A stretch of 64,000 nucleotides of DNA from Candidatus Micrarchaeota archaeon (GTDB lineage: Archaea > Micrarchaeota > Micrarchaeia > Norongarragalinales > SBBD01). The stretch's first letter is position 1. The number at the start of each line of letters is the position of its first letter. The notes beneath the pieces were generated by a model that was given only the letters and a program-made list of their open reading frames with translations, did not search any database and was not told the DNA's origin. Positions 10,229 to 18,668 of this stretch are shown piece after piece. The DNA is taken from contig JAHJQN010000008.1 of NCBI GenBank assembly GCA_018819225.1, positions 128,001-192,000 of the forward strand, in the 5' to 3' direction. The position numbers were made by a program, and so were the translations under genes.

Positions 10229-10374
10229 GCGACGAAACCGTTTTAAAGTGGTACGGGTATGTAAAGACTCGGGTTTATTGCTTTCGAGTGAAACGTCGGA
10301 GACGCTCAACGTATTTCCGATAAAAAAAAGGAATTAAACGAATCCAACATTCCAAGGTGGTTCGAGTGCAAAAA

Positions 10375-10464
10375 ATGGCCTTGGTCATGAAAAGAAAGGA
10401 GGCCGCCGTCGTAGACGACGACGAAAATTGGGAAGAAGAATCCGCGGAACGCGAAGATGAATAA
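10375..10464 (+). CDS. Putative 29-aa acidic microprotein (MALVMKRKEAAVVDDDENWEEESAEREDE)
   Basis: Lies in the 285-bp fen/glyA gap, with a GGTGG SD-like motif upstream and a CTCGT..ACGAG hairpin downstream. Below the ORF-track size cut-off. Confidence 0.4.
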   Translation: MALVMKRKEAAVVDDDENWEEESAEREDE

Positions 10465-10513
10465 ACTCGTCTATTCCACGAGAATTCGCTTTATTTGCTC
10501 TTTTCGCTAGCGG

Positions 10514-11785
10514 TTAGTATATCACAAAATCCTGGCAAAACGCTTTCACTTCCTTGCGAACCCGTTCTCTCACCGATGCATCCGCAGGATGAGCCAGCGT
10601 ATCCGCCATCCACATGCCCACTTTTTCCATATCCGATTCCTTCATTCCCCGACTCGTCAGCGCCGGCGTTCCGATACGAATACCGGAAGGATCAAACGGC
10701 TTGCGGGGATCGAACGGAATCGTATTCTTATTGCAATACATGCCGACGTGCTCGAGAGCGCGTTCGGCTTCTCCGCCCGACAGATTCTTATTATTTAAAT
10801 CCACGAGCAACAAATGATTATCCGTTCCTCCCGTGACCAACGTAAAATCGTGATCCAATAGCGTGTGAGCCAGTGCCTTAGCGTTCTTCACGATTTGAGC
10901 CCCGTAGACTTTAAACTCAGGCTGCATCGCCTCCTTCAACGCCACCGCAATCGCGGCGGTTTGGTGATCATGCGGACCTCCCTGCAAACCCGGAAACACC
11001 GCGCGGTCAATGAGCGTCGGCAAATACTTCTTAGATTTTTCCGGAGGCTTTTTCAACGGTTCGGACGGTTCCCCGTTGCATAATATCATGGCTCCACGAG
11101 GACCGCGCAGCGTCTTATGCGTCGTGGTCATGACCACGTCCGCCACCCCGAAAGGAGAAGCGTGCACGCCCGCGACAATTAAACCCGTCACGTGCGAGAT
11201 ATCCGCCGCAAAATAAGCGCCGACGCTTTCCGCGATTTTCGCGAAACGCTTGAAATCAAACTCTCGCGGATACGCAGTAGCCCCACAATAAATGAGCCGG
11301 GGTTTCTCCTGATCCGCCAGCTCCGCAATCGCGTCATAATTCAAATACCCATCTTGACCCGTTGGATACTGTACGGCTCGGTAATACCGCGCGGAAAAAT
11401 TGACCTTCCAACCATGCGTCAGATGCCCCCCGTATAACAGGTGCATGCCCATCACGGTGTCACCGGGTTCCACGAGCGCAAAATAAATGGCTTGATTGGC
11501 CGGGCTGCCGGAATACGGTTGCACGTTGGCATGCGAGACCCCGAACAATTTTTTTGCGCGGTCGCGAGCCAAGTCCTCGACCCCGTCAACGAATTCGTTC
11601 CCCCCATAATATCGCTTGTGCGGATATCCTTCGGAATACTTGTTGGTCAAAATGGAGCCCATCGCCTCCATGACCGCCGGACTCGCGTAATTCTCGGAAG
11701 GAATGAGTTCTAACCCCTCCATTTGCCGTTGTTTCTCCCGTTTTATCAGTTCAGCAATCTGCGCATCGGCCTTTTCAATAAACAT
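10514..11785 (-). CDS. glyA: Serine hydroxymethyltransferase (bacterial/THF-type)
   Basis: LIPSEN, NKYSEGYP.KRYYGG, GGHLTHG, TTTHKTLRGPRG (PLP Lys), FPGLQGGP, GIRIGTPA. Confidence 0.96.
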   Translation of the reverse strand: MFIEKADAQIAELIKREKQRQMEGLELIPSENYASPAVMEAMGSILTNKYSEGYPHKRYYGGNEFVDGVEDLARDRAKKLFGVSHANVQPYSGSPANQAIYFALVEPGDTVMGMHLLYGGHLTHGWKVNFSARYYRAVQYPTGQDGYLNYDAIAELADQEKPRLIYCGATAYPREFDFKRFAKIAESVGAYFAADISHVTGLIVAGVHASPFGVADVVMTTTHKTLRGPRGAMILCNGEPSEPLKKPPEKSKKYLPTLIDRAVFPGLQGGPHDHQTAAIAVALKEAMQPEFKVYGAQIVKNAKALAHTLLDHDFTLVTGGTDNHLLLVDLNNKNLSGGEAERALEHVGMYCNKNTIPFDPRKPFDPSGIRIGTPALTSRGMKESDMEKVGMWMADTLAHPADASVRERVRKEVKAFCQDFVIY

Positions 11786-11841
11786 ACGCGATCCCCTCAA
11801 AATGACTTTAATGATATTAGTTGACTCAAACCATAAAATGA

Positions 11842-12849
11842 TTACGGAACCAGCCACATAATGCTTTGGATCGGGGACTGCACATGAATCAAGTCAAATT
11901 GGACGCTCAGGAAAATGATATAGAGTAACAATAACATGACTCCCTCGGTGCGCGTAATCACTTTCTTTCGAAACGCGAAGAAGAAAACGAGCAAGAATGC
12001 AAGCACCATGAACCCGTACCCTACAATGAAATGATCAAAAGTAAAGCTCAACGAACCGCCGATCACCGCCGCTAAACCCAGTACGAGCGTCAGTTCCGTG
12101 ATAAAACTGCCGATCAAATCCCCCCAAATCACTTCCTCCTCCCGAGCACTCAACGCACTCAAATCCAATACCAGTTCCGGAATCGCGATACCCAGTGAAA
12201 TGATCGTGAAACCCAACAGAATGGGATGAATGTTAAATGAGGCGGATATTTCCACGGCCGTATTGACAATGACATTGCTGGCTACCAGCGCAATGCCCAG
12301 AAATACCAACATTTCGAGAAGGAGCATCGTCTTGTTATGCTGTTTCGGCACCGACGGAAACATTTGATGCGTATGCTCCTCCTCCTTCGCCGCCACCGGG
12401 GCTTGCTCGCGCACGTGGAACAAATACATCAAGTACACGACCACGAGGATCAGGCCCTCCAACACGGTCAAACGATTATCCATCAACAAAAAGAAGGGGA
12501 TCGCGATCACGAAAAAGATCCAGCCAAAGTTTTCCAGAATGGATTGTTCCCGCACTTGAAACGCGCCCTTTCGAATCGTCACCACCGCCAATACCACACA
12601 CAACACGATAAGGTTCGCGCCGATTATGCTGGCGAGCAGTAAATCCACTTCCCCCGCTGAAGCCGCAATGCCGGAAACCATGAGATCCGGTAACGAAGTC
12701 CCTAAGCCTAACACCACGAAACTGAGAAGAAATTTAGGGACGCGCAACAACGAAGAAATCCCGGTAAGCAGTTTCACGATTCGGCTGCTGGAAAAACCGA
12801 GAACGACAAGCGTAATAACGAGTACGGTAAAACTGAACGCAATTCCCAT
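11842..12849 (-). CDS. Na+/Ca2+ exchanger (CaCA) family membrane protein
   Basis: Two alpha-repeats (LGTSLPDL and LGIAIPEL) and about 10 TM helices. Confidence 0.85.
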   Translation of the reverse strand: MGIAFSFTVLVITLVVLGFSSSRIVKLLTGISSLLRVPKFLLSFVVLGLGTSLPDLMVSGIAASAGEVDLLLASIIGANLIVLCVVLAVVTIRKGAFQVREQSILENFGWIFFVIAIPFFLLMDNRLTVLEGLILVVVYLMYLFHVREQAPVAAKEEEHTHQMFPSVPKQHNKTMLLLEMLVFLGIALVASNVIVNTAVEISASFNIHPILLGFTIISLGIAIPELVLDLSALSAREEEVIWGDLIGSFITELTLVLGLAAVIGGSLSFTFDHFIVGYGFMVLAFLLVFFFAFRKKVITRTEGVMLLLLYIIFLSVQFDLIHVQSPIQSIMWLVP

Positions 12850-12917
12850 GGACGTACGAACCCGTATACGTTTATATAACTTCGCGCGATTAACGCTAAA
12901 CAGACCGGGGGAAAACT

Positions 12918-13322
12918 ATGGCGGCGTTCAGCCTATTCGGAAAAAAAGCGATTTCCATGACCGGTGCCATGTACCGACTGGACTACGAAGTCCACCCCAT
13001 GAAGCTGCGCCCCCATCATGCCGATTACCTCAACTTGGAGATTGAAATTCAAAACGTGCTCGACAAGGAATTGCTAACCTCCATCGTCATCGTCATCCCC
13101 AAACAACTGGGGTTGGATCCCAGCGCATTATCCCACGAAAAAGAAATTCGGTTGGGGCTCGTGGCATCCCAAGAAACCAAGTTCCTGAAAATCCCGATTT
13201 ACACGACGCAACGCACGAAAAGCGGACGATATCCCGTGCACTTGTACGCGATCTCCCATTACCGGGATTACGGGTACGTGCTCAACGAGATGAAGCGGCA
13301 AATCGACATTCGGGTCGAATAA
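12918..13322 (+). CDS. Hypothetical protein (beta-rich, Ig-like)
   Basis: ATG ORF filling the gap between genes, with host-like codon usage. Confidence 0.65.
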   Translation: MAAFSLFGKKAISMTGAMYRLDYEVHPMKLRPHHADYLNLEIEIQNVLDKELLTSIVIVIPKQLGLDPSALSHEKEIRLGLVASQETKFLKIPIYTTQRTKSGRYPVHLYAISHYRDYGYVLNEMKRQIDIRVE

Positions 13323-13362
13323 CGCTCACGCTCACCCTATAAAAAAAAAGAGATGTACCGTA

Positions 13363-13686
13363 TTACTTCTTGTAGCGGTACGAGTACGGCATCGGCTTGT
13401 GGGGCGCTTTTTCAATGGATTCTTCTTCCTCCAACGGCTGCGCCGAACTCCCATCGGAAGAAACAATCACGATTTTATCCACGGCTTTAACACTCTTGAA
13501 GAGAATGGTTTTCTCTCGGAAAACGCGTTTCGCTTCCTCCTTGCTGCTCACGCGAATGGGTTCGAGCGTCAAACGCACGACTTCGCCTTTCTGCAAGTCC
13601 AGAATCACGTCAAAGACCTTGCCGACGAATTGCGCGTTATCCGTGTAAACATCCATGCCCATGATATTCGAGAGTTTTACTGCCAT
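13363..13686 (-). CDS. PRC-barrel protein (CdpB-like cell-division candidate)
   Basis: LS.I.G.DVYT....VGKV.DVILD...GEV is a PRC-barrel pattern. Confidence 0.85.
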   Translation of the reverse strand: MAVKLSNIMGMDVYTDNAQFVGKVFDVILDLQKGEVVRLTLEPIRVSSKEEAKRVFREKTILFKSVKAVDKIVIVSSDGSSAQPLEEEESIEKAPHKPMPYSYRYKK

Positions 13687-13768
13687 ACCGCATCACCCAA
13701 ATAAGTATTCCTGCATACCTTTTCCATCAAACGTTTTTAATTCTTTCCCCCTCTTGTTTTCCCGTCAA

Positions 13769-13866
13769 GCGGCTGTGGTCCAGTGGTAGGATCGGGGCTT
13801 CCCAAGCCTCGGGCCCGGGTTCGATACGCTTCAAACGAAAAAAGCGCGAAATTCCCGGCAGCCGCA
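13769..13866 (+). tRNA. tRNA-Gly(CCC) with a 27-nt non-canonical T-loop intron (13826..13852, position 59/60)
   Basis: Acceptor GCGGCTG/CAGCCGC, D-arm GTCC/GGAT, anticodon arm GGGGC-TTCCCAA-GCCTC and T-stem CCGGG/CCCGG. The insert forms an exact bulge-helix-bulge. Confidence 0.93.
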
Positions 13867-14013
13867 CGTCCTCCCTAATAAAGAGCGTATTGGACCATTC
13901 TCCAAATGTTTAATAACCACCCAATTCTAAACCATTCAGTCAGACACATGCCGAACGGGACGACACCCGAACGGTGACTTCCGTTCCACTATTAACAGGT
14001 TATTTTTTCTAAG

Positions 14014-15303
14014 ATGAAACTTGCAGAACTGCCCTTGAAGCCCCCGCTTCTCCGGGCGATAAACGAACTCGGCCTCGTGGACGCCACGGACATTCAAACC
14101 CAGTGCATTCCGGAAATCATGACCGGAAACGATTTGGTGGGCCACTCGCGCACGGGATCCGGTAAAACCGCTGCCTTCGGACTACCCATCCTCGATAAAA
14201 TTGAACCCGGAAAAGGCGTTCAAGCGCTCATTCTCACGCCCACCCGCGAGCTATGCGTCCAAGTCGCCGAATCCTTGAGCGATTACTCGAAGTTCATGCG
14301 AATCCGCATTGCCAGCGTGTACGGAGGCGTCAGCATCAACCCGCAAATCGATGCCGTCAAGCACGCCGACATCATCGTAGGAACCACGGGAAGAATCCTC
14401 GATCACATCGACCGACGAACCATTGATTTTCGAAATACTCGGTTCCTGGTTCTCGATGAAGCCGATCGCATGCTCGACATGGGATTCATTGAAGATGTTG
14501 AGGCGATCATGGGCGTGATTCCGAGCAAACGACAAACCCTACTCTTTAGCGCGACCATGCCAGGCAGCATCTACCACTTGATCAAAGAACATCTCCGATA
14601 TCCGGTCACGATCACGGGAGAAGTATACGTCGACAAACGCTTGTTGCGCCAAGTCTACTACGACGTCGAACCAGAAGAAAAGTTTTCACTCCTCGTCCAC
14701 TTACTCAAAAAACACTTGAAAGGATTGTCCCTCATTTTTTGTGCGACCCGACGCGAAGTCGATACGGTCACGCGAAACCTGAAAGAAAACGGTTTGAACA
14801 CGCTCGCCATTCACGGAGGACTCACGCAATCCAGACGCACGAATGCATTGAACGCGCTAAAAAAAGAACGTATAAGCATTCTCGTGGCAACTGACGTGGC
14901 CGCCAGAGGACTCGACATTCGATCCGTCTCCCACGTATACAATTACGATGTACCGGGTTCTCCGGAAGAATACTTGCATCGCGTGGGCCGAACCGCACGC
15001 GCCGGAGACGAAGGCGATGCAGTAACCCTCGTAACCTACCGCGACTTTCAGAATTTCAGGGCCGTCACAAGCGATCGCACCCTGGAAATCATCAAACTCG
15101 AAAAACCGCTTTTCGAACGCGTGCGCTTTCAACGACACTCCGGACAACGCGGAGGCGGACGACGACCCTTTTCAGGCAGGCCGCGACCGCATCACCGAGA
15201 CGGCGGATCCAACCACCGACCCGAACGCTGGGGAGGAGGCGGAAGACGATTCCACCCCCGTCAACAACAACCAAGCTACCGCGGACACGGAAGACGACGC
15301 TAA
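14014..15303 (+). CDS. DEAD-box RNA helicase
   Basis: TGSGKT, PTREL, DEAD, SAT, ARGLD and HRVGRTAR motifs, with an RG-rich tail. Confidence 0.96.
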   Translation: MKLAELPLKPPLLRAINELGLVDATDIQTQCIPEIMTGNDLVGHSRTGSGKTAAFGLPILDKIEPGKGVQALILTPTRELCVQVAESLSDYSKFMRIRIASVYGGVSINPQIDAVKHADIIVGTTGRILDHIDRRTIDFRNTRFLVLDEADRMLDMGFIEDVEAIMGVIPSKRQTLLFSATMPGSIYHLIKEHLRYPVTITGEVYVDKRLLRQVYYDVEPEEKFSLLVHLLKKHLKGLSLIFCATRREVDTVTRNLKENGLNTLAIHGGLTQSRRTNALNALKKERISILVATDVAARGLDIRSVSHVYNYDVPGSPEEYLHRVGRTARAGDEGDAVTLVTYRDFQNFRAVTSDRTLEIIKLEKPLFERVRFQRHSGQRGGGRRPFSGRPRPHHRDGGSNHRPERWGGGGRRFHPRQQQPSYRGHGRRR

Positions 15304-15363
15304 ACCACGCGGGTCTTGACAAAACCCTTATTAATCCAGAAAGCACTTAGGGAAGTGATTCGC

Positions 15364-16449
15364 ATGCCGAGAAAAAGCGCTAGAGGAAGTCCGCGAAACC
15401 AACGCGTACAGGTTCAAACCGCGGAAGCGTCCGACAGCCACCAAGCGAAGACCTCCGCTAAACCCAAAGGCTTCAAACCCATCAAACAAATCAAGAGCAC
15501 GGAAGAAATAGCCATATCCGATAAACTCATCGACCAAGTCGTGGGACAAGAGCGCGGCATCGAAATCATCCGAAAAGCCTCGAAACAGAAACGAAACGTG
15601 CTTCTCGTTGGAACACCCGGCACCGGCAAAAGCATGCTCGCCCAAGCCATGGCCGAACTCATGCCCATCGAGGATCTGCAGGACATCATGATTATAGCCA
15701 ACCGCGACAACGAAAACCAGCCGAAAGTCCGAATCGTGAAAGCCGGAGAAGGAAAGAAAATCATCGCCAAAGAAAAAATCAGCGGACGGCTCGCCGGCTC
15801 TCACACCAACCTCTTTCTCATCGCGTTCATGATCTTCTCCGTGTTCATTGCCCTGTATTTCCTGCCCAACTACTTCGATACCGTCATCGTAGCGGCCATG
15901 CTCATCGGACTCTTCCTCATGGGAGCCGCCATGATGTTCGCCATGCAATTGTCGCGAGGGCGCCTCGTGGAAGCCGATACCGCTAAACTGGCTGTGGATA
16001 ACGGCAAAATGAAGAAAGCCCCGTTTGTCGATGCGACGGGATCACGGGCGGGCGCATTGCTAGGAGACGTGAAACACGATCCGTTCCAAAGCCTGCCCCC
16101 TGAGCAAACATTGACGGGCACATCACAGCGCATCAACATGGAAAGCGCATGGTTTGAAATGGCTGCCAAATACCCCAATCGAATCGAAAAACGATCCAAC
16201 GGATATGAAGCCATTCGCCTACCCCGAAAAGAAAAAGTGTACGTGCTCGGAATGAAGAACGGGCGAACGGTTAAAAGCCGAGTCTGGTCCTTGAACCGTC
16301 GGCGCTATAAAGGAAAAATCAGCGAAATCAAAACCAGGGGACGACGCGTACGGACCACACCCGAACACGCCTTCCTCCTTGCAGGAAAAGACGCACCCGC
16401 ACGAACGCTCAAGAAAGGGGAGTGGCTGCAATCACTTAACGAGAGCTAA
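15364..16449 (+). CDS. lonB: LonB ATP-dependent protease N-terminal fragment fused to an N-terminal intein half
   Basis: LIDQVVGQE, Walker A GTPGTGKS, two TM helices and APFVDATG..AGALLGDVKHDPFQ, followed by intein sequence. Walker B and the protease domain are absent. Confidence 0.88.
   Translation: MPRKSARGSPRNQRVQVQTAEASDSHQAKTSAKPKGFKPIKQIKSTEEIAISDKLIDQVVGQERGIEIIRKASKQKRNVLLVGTPGTGKSMLAQAMAELMPIEDLQDIMIIANRDNENQPKVRIVKAGEGKKIIAKEKISGRLAGSHTNLFLIAFMIFSVFIALYFLPNYFDTVIVAAMLIGLFLMGAAMMFAMQLSRGRLVEADTAKLAVDNGKMKKAPFVDATGSRAGALLGDVKHDPFQSLPPEQTLTGTSQRINMESAWFEMAAKYPNRIEKRSNGYEAIRLPRKEKVYVLGMKNGRTVKSRVWSLNRRRYKGKISEIKTRGRRVRTTPEHAFLLAGKDAPARTLKKGEWLQSLNES
16090..16446 (+). mobile_element. 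Intein N-terminal splicing fragment (IntN, 119 aa)
   Basis: Block A-like SLPPEQTL directly after DPFQ, then YKGKISEIKT, block B RTTPEH.FL and A..LKKGEWL, then stop. No blocks F/G (HN). Confidence 0.82.
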
Positions 16450-16838
16450 TTGATTTTCGTCAACAGTTTGCGGCCCATAGCCACCATATACTGGATCTCC
16501 TTGCCCACTTCCACTTCAGACCTCATTTCCTCGGGAATCTCCACTTCGAACGTCTCGTAATCCTGCATGTCCATGAGCTGAGCCGACGTACCCGACAAGC
16601 TCACGACTTGCGCCCGCTTTCTCGCAATCATCGGTATCTCGATATCCCCATCCGAAGGCTTCGCCAACGAACGCTTGACTCCATCAAATATCCCAATGGC
16701 CACGACATTCATCTTCGCGGCCCCGTGTTTTCCGGGCTTGCTCTTGTCAATACTGACGACCCGACACGGAAAATCTTCAATTAAAACATACTTGCCAATC
16801 TTCAAGTCGCCCATGGTTGCGTAAATGCGATCCACCAT
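16446..16838 (-). CDS. eif5a: Translation factor aIF5A/eIF5A
   Basis: Hypusination motif SKPGKHGAAK, and QLMDMQDYETFE. Confidence 0.96.
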   Translation of the reverse strand: MVDRIYATMGDLKIGKYVLIEDFPCRVVSIDKSKPGKHGAAKMNVVAIGIFDGVKRSLAKPSDGDIEIPMIARKRAQVVSLSGTSAQLMDMQDYETFEVEIPEEMRSEVEVGKEIQYMVAMGRKLLTKIN

Positions 16839-16898
16839 ACGATAAACACCCCTGAAATAAACCGTTCAAATAGAACGAAAAGGTTAGCAAGAGAAAAT

Positions 16899-18602
16899 TT
16901 ATAAACGCGAAACCGGTGGCCGAGAAGACCAATACAGGGCTCCGCCCACCATCAACAAAACCGAGACAAAGGCCATTACAGAAAAATTCCCTGAACGGGA
17001 ACCTGCCACCTTCACGCTGATTTCATTAATGGATTGTTTCACTTTTCCAAGTAAAGACGAAGCGTCTTCATCCCGTTTCCGAGCCAGCAATAATCGAACG
17101 CGCGCGAGCTCCGCTTCCTCTTCCGTCGTGTCTTCACCGGCTTCCTCCAGACGCCGCAATTTTTCCTCCAAATCCTCGAGTTCATCGGAACCGCTCACGG
17201 GAGTAAAAGAAGGCGTCGGCGTCAACGAAATCGAAGGCTCCACCGTAATGGACGGCATACTCGACGGAACATCCGTGGGCGACGGAGAAATCGCTGGAGA
17301 GGGGGTCGCATTTGAACCGGGATACGGATCCGGCGAGGGAGTGGGAGTGGCACTCACGGAAGGCGTAGGAGAAATCGAAGGAGTGGGAGAAATGCTGGGG
17401 GTCGGTGAAGGCGTCGGAGTGGGAGACGGAGTCGGCGTGGGTTGAGCCACATCATTAAACGCGTATACGTAGCCGTCAGTCGCCGCAACGAAAAGCGTGC
17501 CATCGGCCACCACCATCCCGCTCATATGACACGGCAAATTGTAATGCCAAAAAAACGCGCCCGTGTCGGGATTCATCGCGTACACGGCGTCGTATGCACA
17601 CGCATACAAGACATCATTGCCCGATAATACCAGGCGTCCCCGATAACCCCCTCCACCGGTTTGCCACCATTTTTGTCCTGAGCCCGCATCAAACGACCAA
17701 ACCAGGCTCTGCTGCGCCTGCGTGGGAATGAAGACACGGTCATTCGCGTTATCAACGGTTACTGGACCCGGCGCATTCGATGACATCGAGAGCAAGTACG
17801 TCCAAGCCCTCGAACCGTTTTGCGGAAAAAACGCGTTCATTCGCCGACCCGCGTAACCGGATGCATCCGGAACAAAAAACATATTGTAGGATGAGCCAAA
17901 CGAAGCGGGTTTGATGGGGTAAATCGTAATCGAACTCCACAACGGGTTCCCGGTTTCCGCATCGAACCCGTGCAAACGATACTGCGGAGAGGAAATAAGC
18001 GTGGTCACCACTCCGCCCCCCACCGCGGGAGGATAGTCTTTAGTATAGCGGTTAACCGGCGTCTCCCATTCCACCACGCCATTTTCAGCATTGACACGAA
18101 CCAACGCCGCCGTATCCTCCCCCGTACGTCGCACTAAAAACAGTTTCGGAGACGAAAAAGCCGTCGAGTACGTCAGACCAAACGATTCCCCCACATCCGG
18201 AATGCGCCACAATTCATCCCGAGACGGAATATGATACGCGAATAAATCCCCGTTATTGACGTACAACGTGTCTCCAACGAGCACGGGATACTGCCAGCCC
18301 GACATTTCAGCCAGCTCCGTCACATTGTCCAACCATTCGCCCGTCTCGGCATCCAACAATGTGTAATTCGAATCCGCCACGTTTTCGTAACTCGGAACCA
18401 ACAAGCGACCATTCGAATACAGCAGTTGAACGTGCTCCGGCAAACCTTCCGCCACCTTCGTTCTCCACAACAATGAGTCCGTCAATGGCCCGTCATCCGG
18501 CGTAAACCCCGAATGATGTTCATCAAAGCCGTACTGAATCCAATCCGTCGATTGGGACAAGGAAAAGAAACAGACGAACGCGACGAGCCAAAAGAACGTC
18601 AT
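16899..18602 (-). CDS. PQQ/BamB-like beta-propeller surface protein with Pro/Thr/Ser linker and C-terminal TM
   Basis: Signal peptide MTFFWLV.., DW.QYG.D..HSG, repeated D..TG...W motifs, PTPS linker and TM. The start is reassigned from the ORF-track position 19259. Confidence 0.82.
   Translation of the reverse strand: MTFFWLVAFVCFFSLSQSTDWIQYGFDEHHSGFTPDDGPLTDSLLWRTKVAEGLPEHVQLLYSNGRLLVPSYENVADSNYTLLDAETGEWLDNVTELAEMSGWQYPVLVGDTLYVNNGDLFAYHIPSRDELWRIPDVGESFGLTYSTAFSSPKLFLVRRTGEDTAALVRVNAENGVVEWETPVNRYTKDYPPAVGGGVVTTLISSPQYRLHGFDAETGNPLWSSITIYPIKPASFGSSYNMFFVPDASGYAGRRMNAFFPQNGSRAWTYLLSMSSNAPGPVTVDNANDRVFIPTQAQQSLVWSFDAGSGQKWWQTGGGGYRGRLVLSGNDVLYACAYDAVYAMNPDTGAFFWHYNLPCHMSGMVVADGTLFVAATDGYVYAFNDVAQPTPTPSPTPTPSPTPSISPTPSISPTPSVSATPTPSPDPYPGSNATPSPAISPSPTDVPSSMPSITVEPSISLTPTPSFTPVSGSDELEDLEEKLRRLEEAGEDTTEEEAELARVRLLLARKRDEDASSLLGKVKQSINEISVKVAGSRSGNFSVMAFVSVLLMVGGALYWSSRPPVSRL
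17200..17445 (-). repeat. Low-complexity (PTPS/SISPTP)n linker
   Basis: Translates as PTPTPSPTPTPSPTPSISPTPSISPTPSVSATPTPSP... Confidence 0.8.
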
Positions 18603-18668
18603 GCTCCCATTAGAGAAACGCGCTATAAAAACGTATGGAAATAAAAAGACGCAGAACAAAAAAAAATC

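Noticed and set aside
16450-16900. Continuation of lon/intein by frameshift or readthrough
   Set aside because: This DNA is the intact eIF5A gene on the opposite strand. No HN-SGG or Lon C-terminal motifs appear in any ORF of the window.
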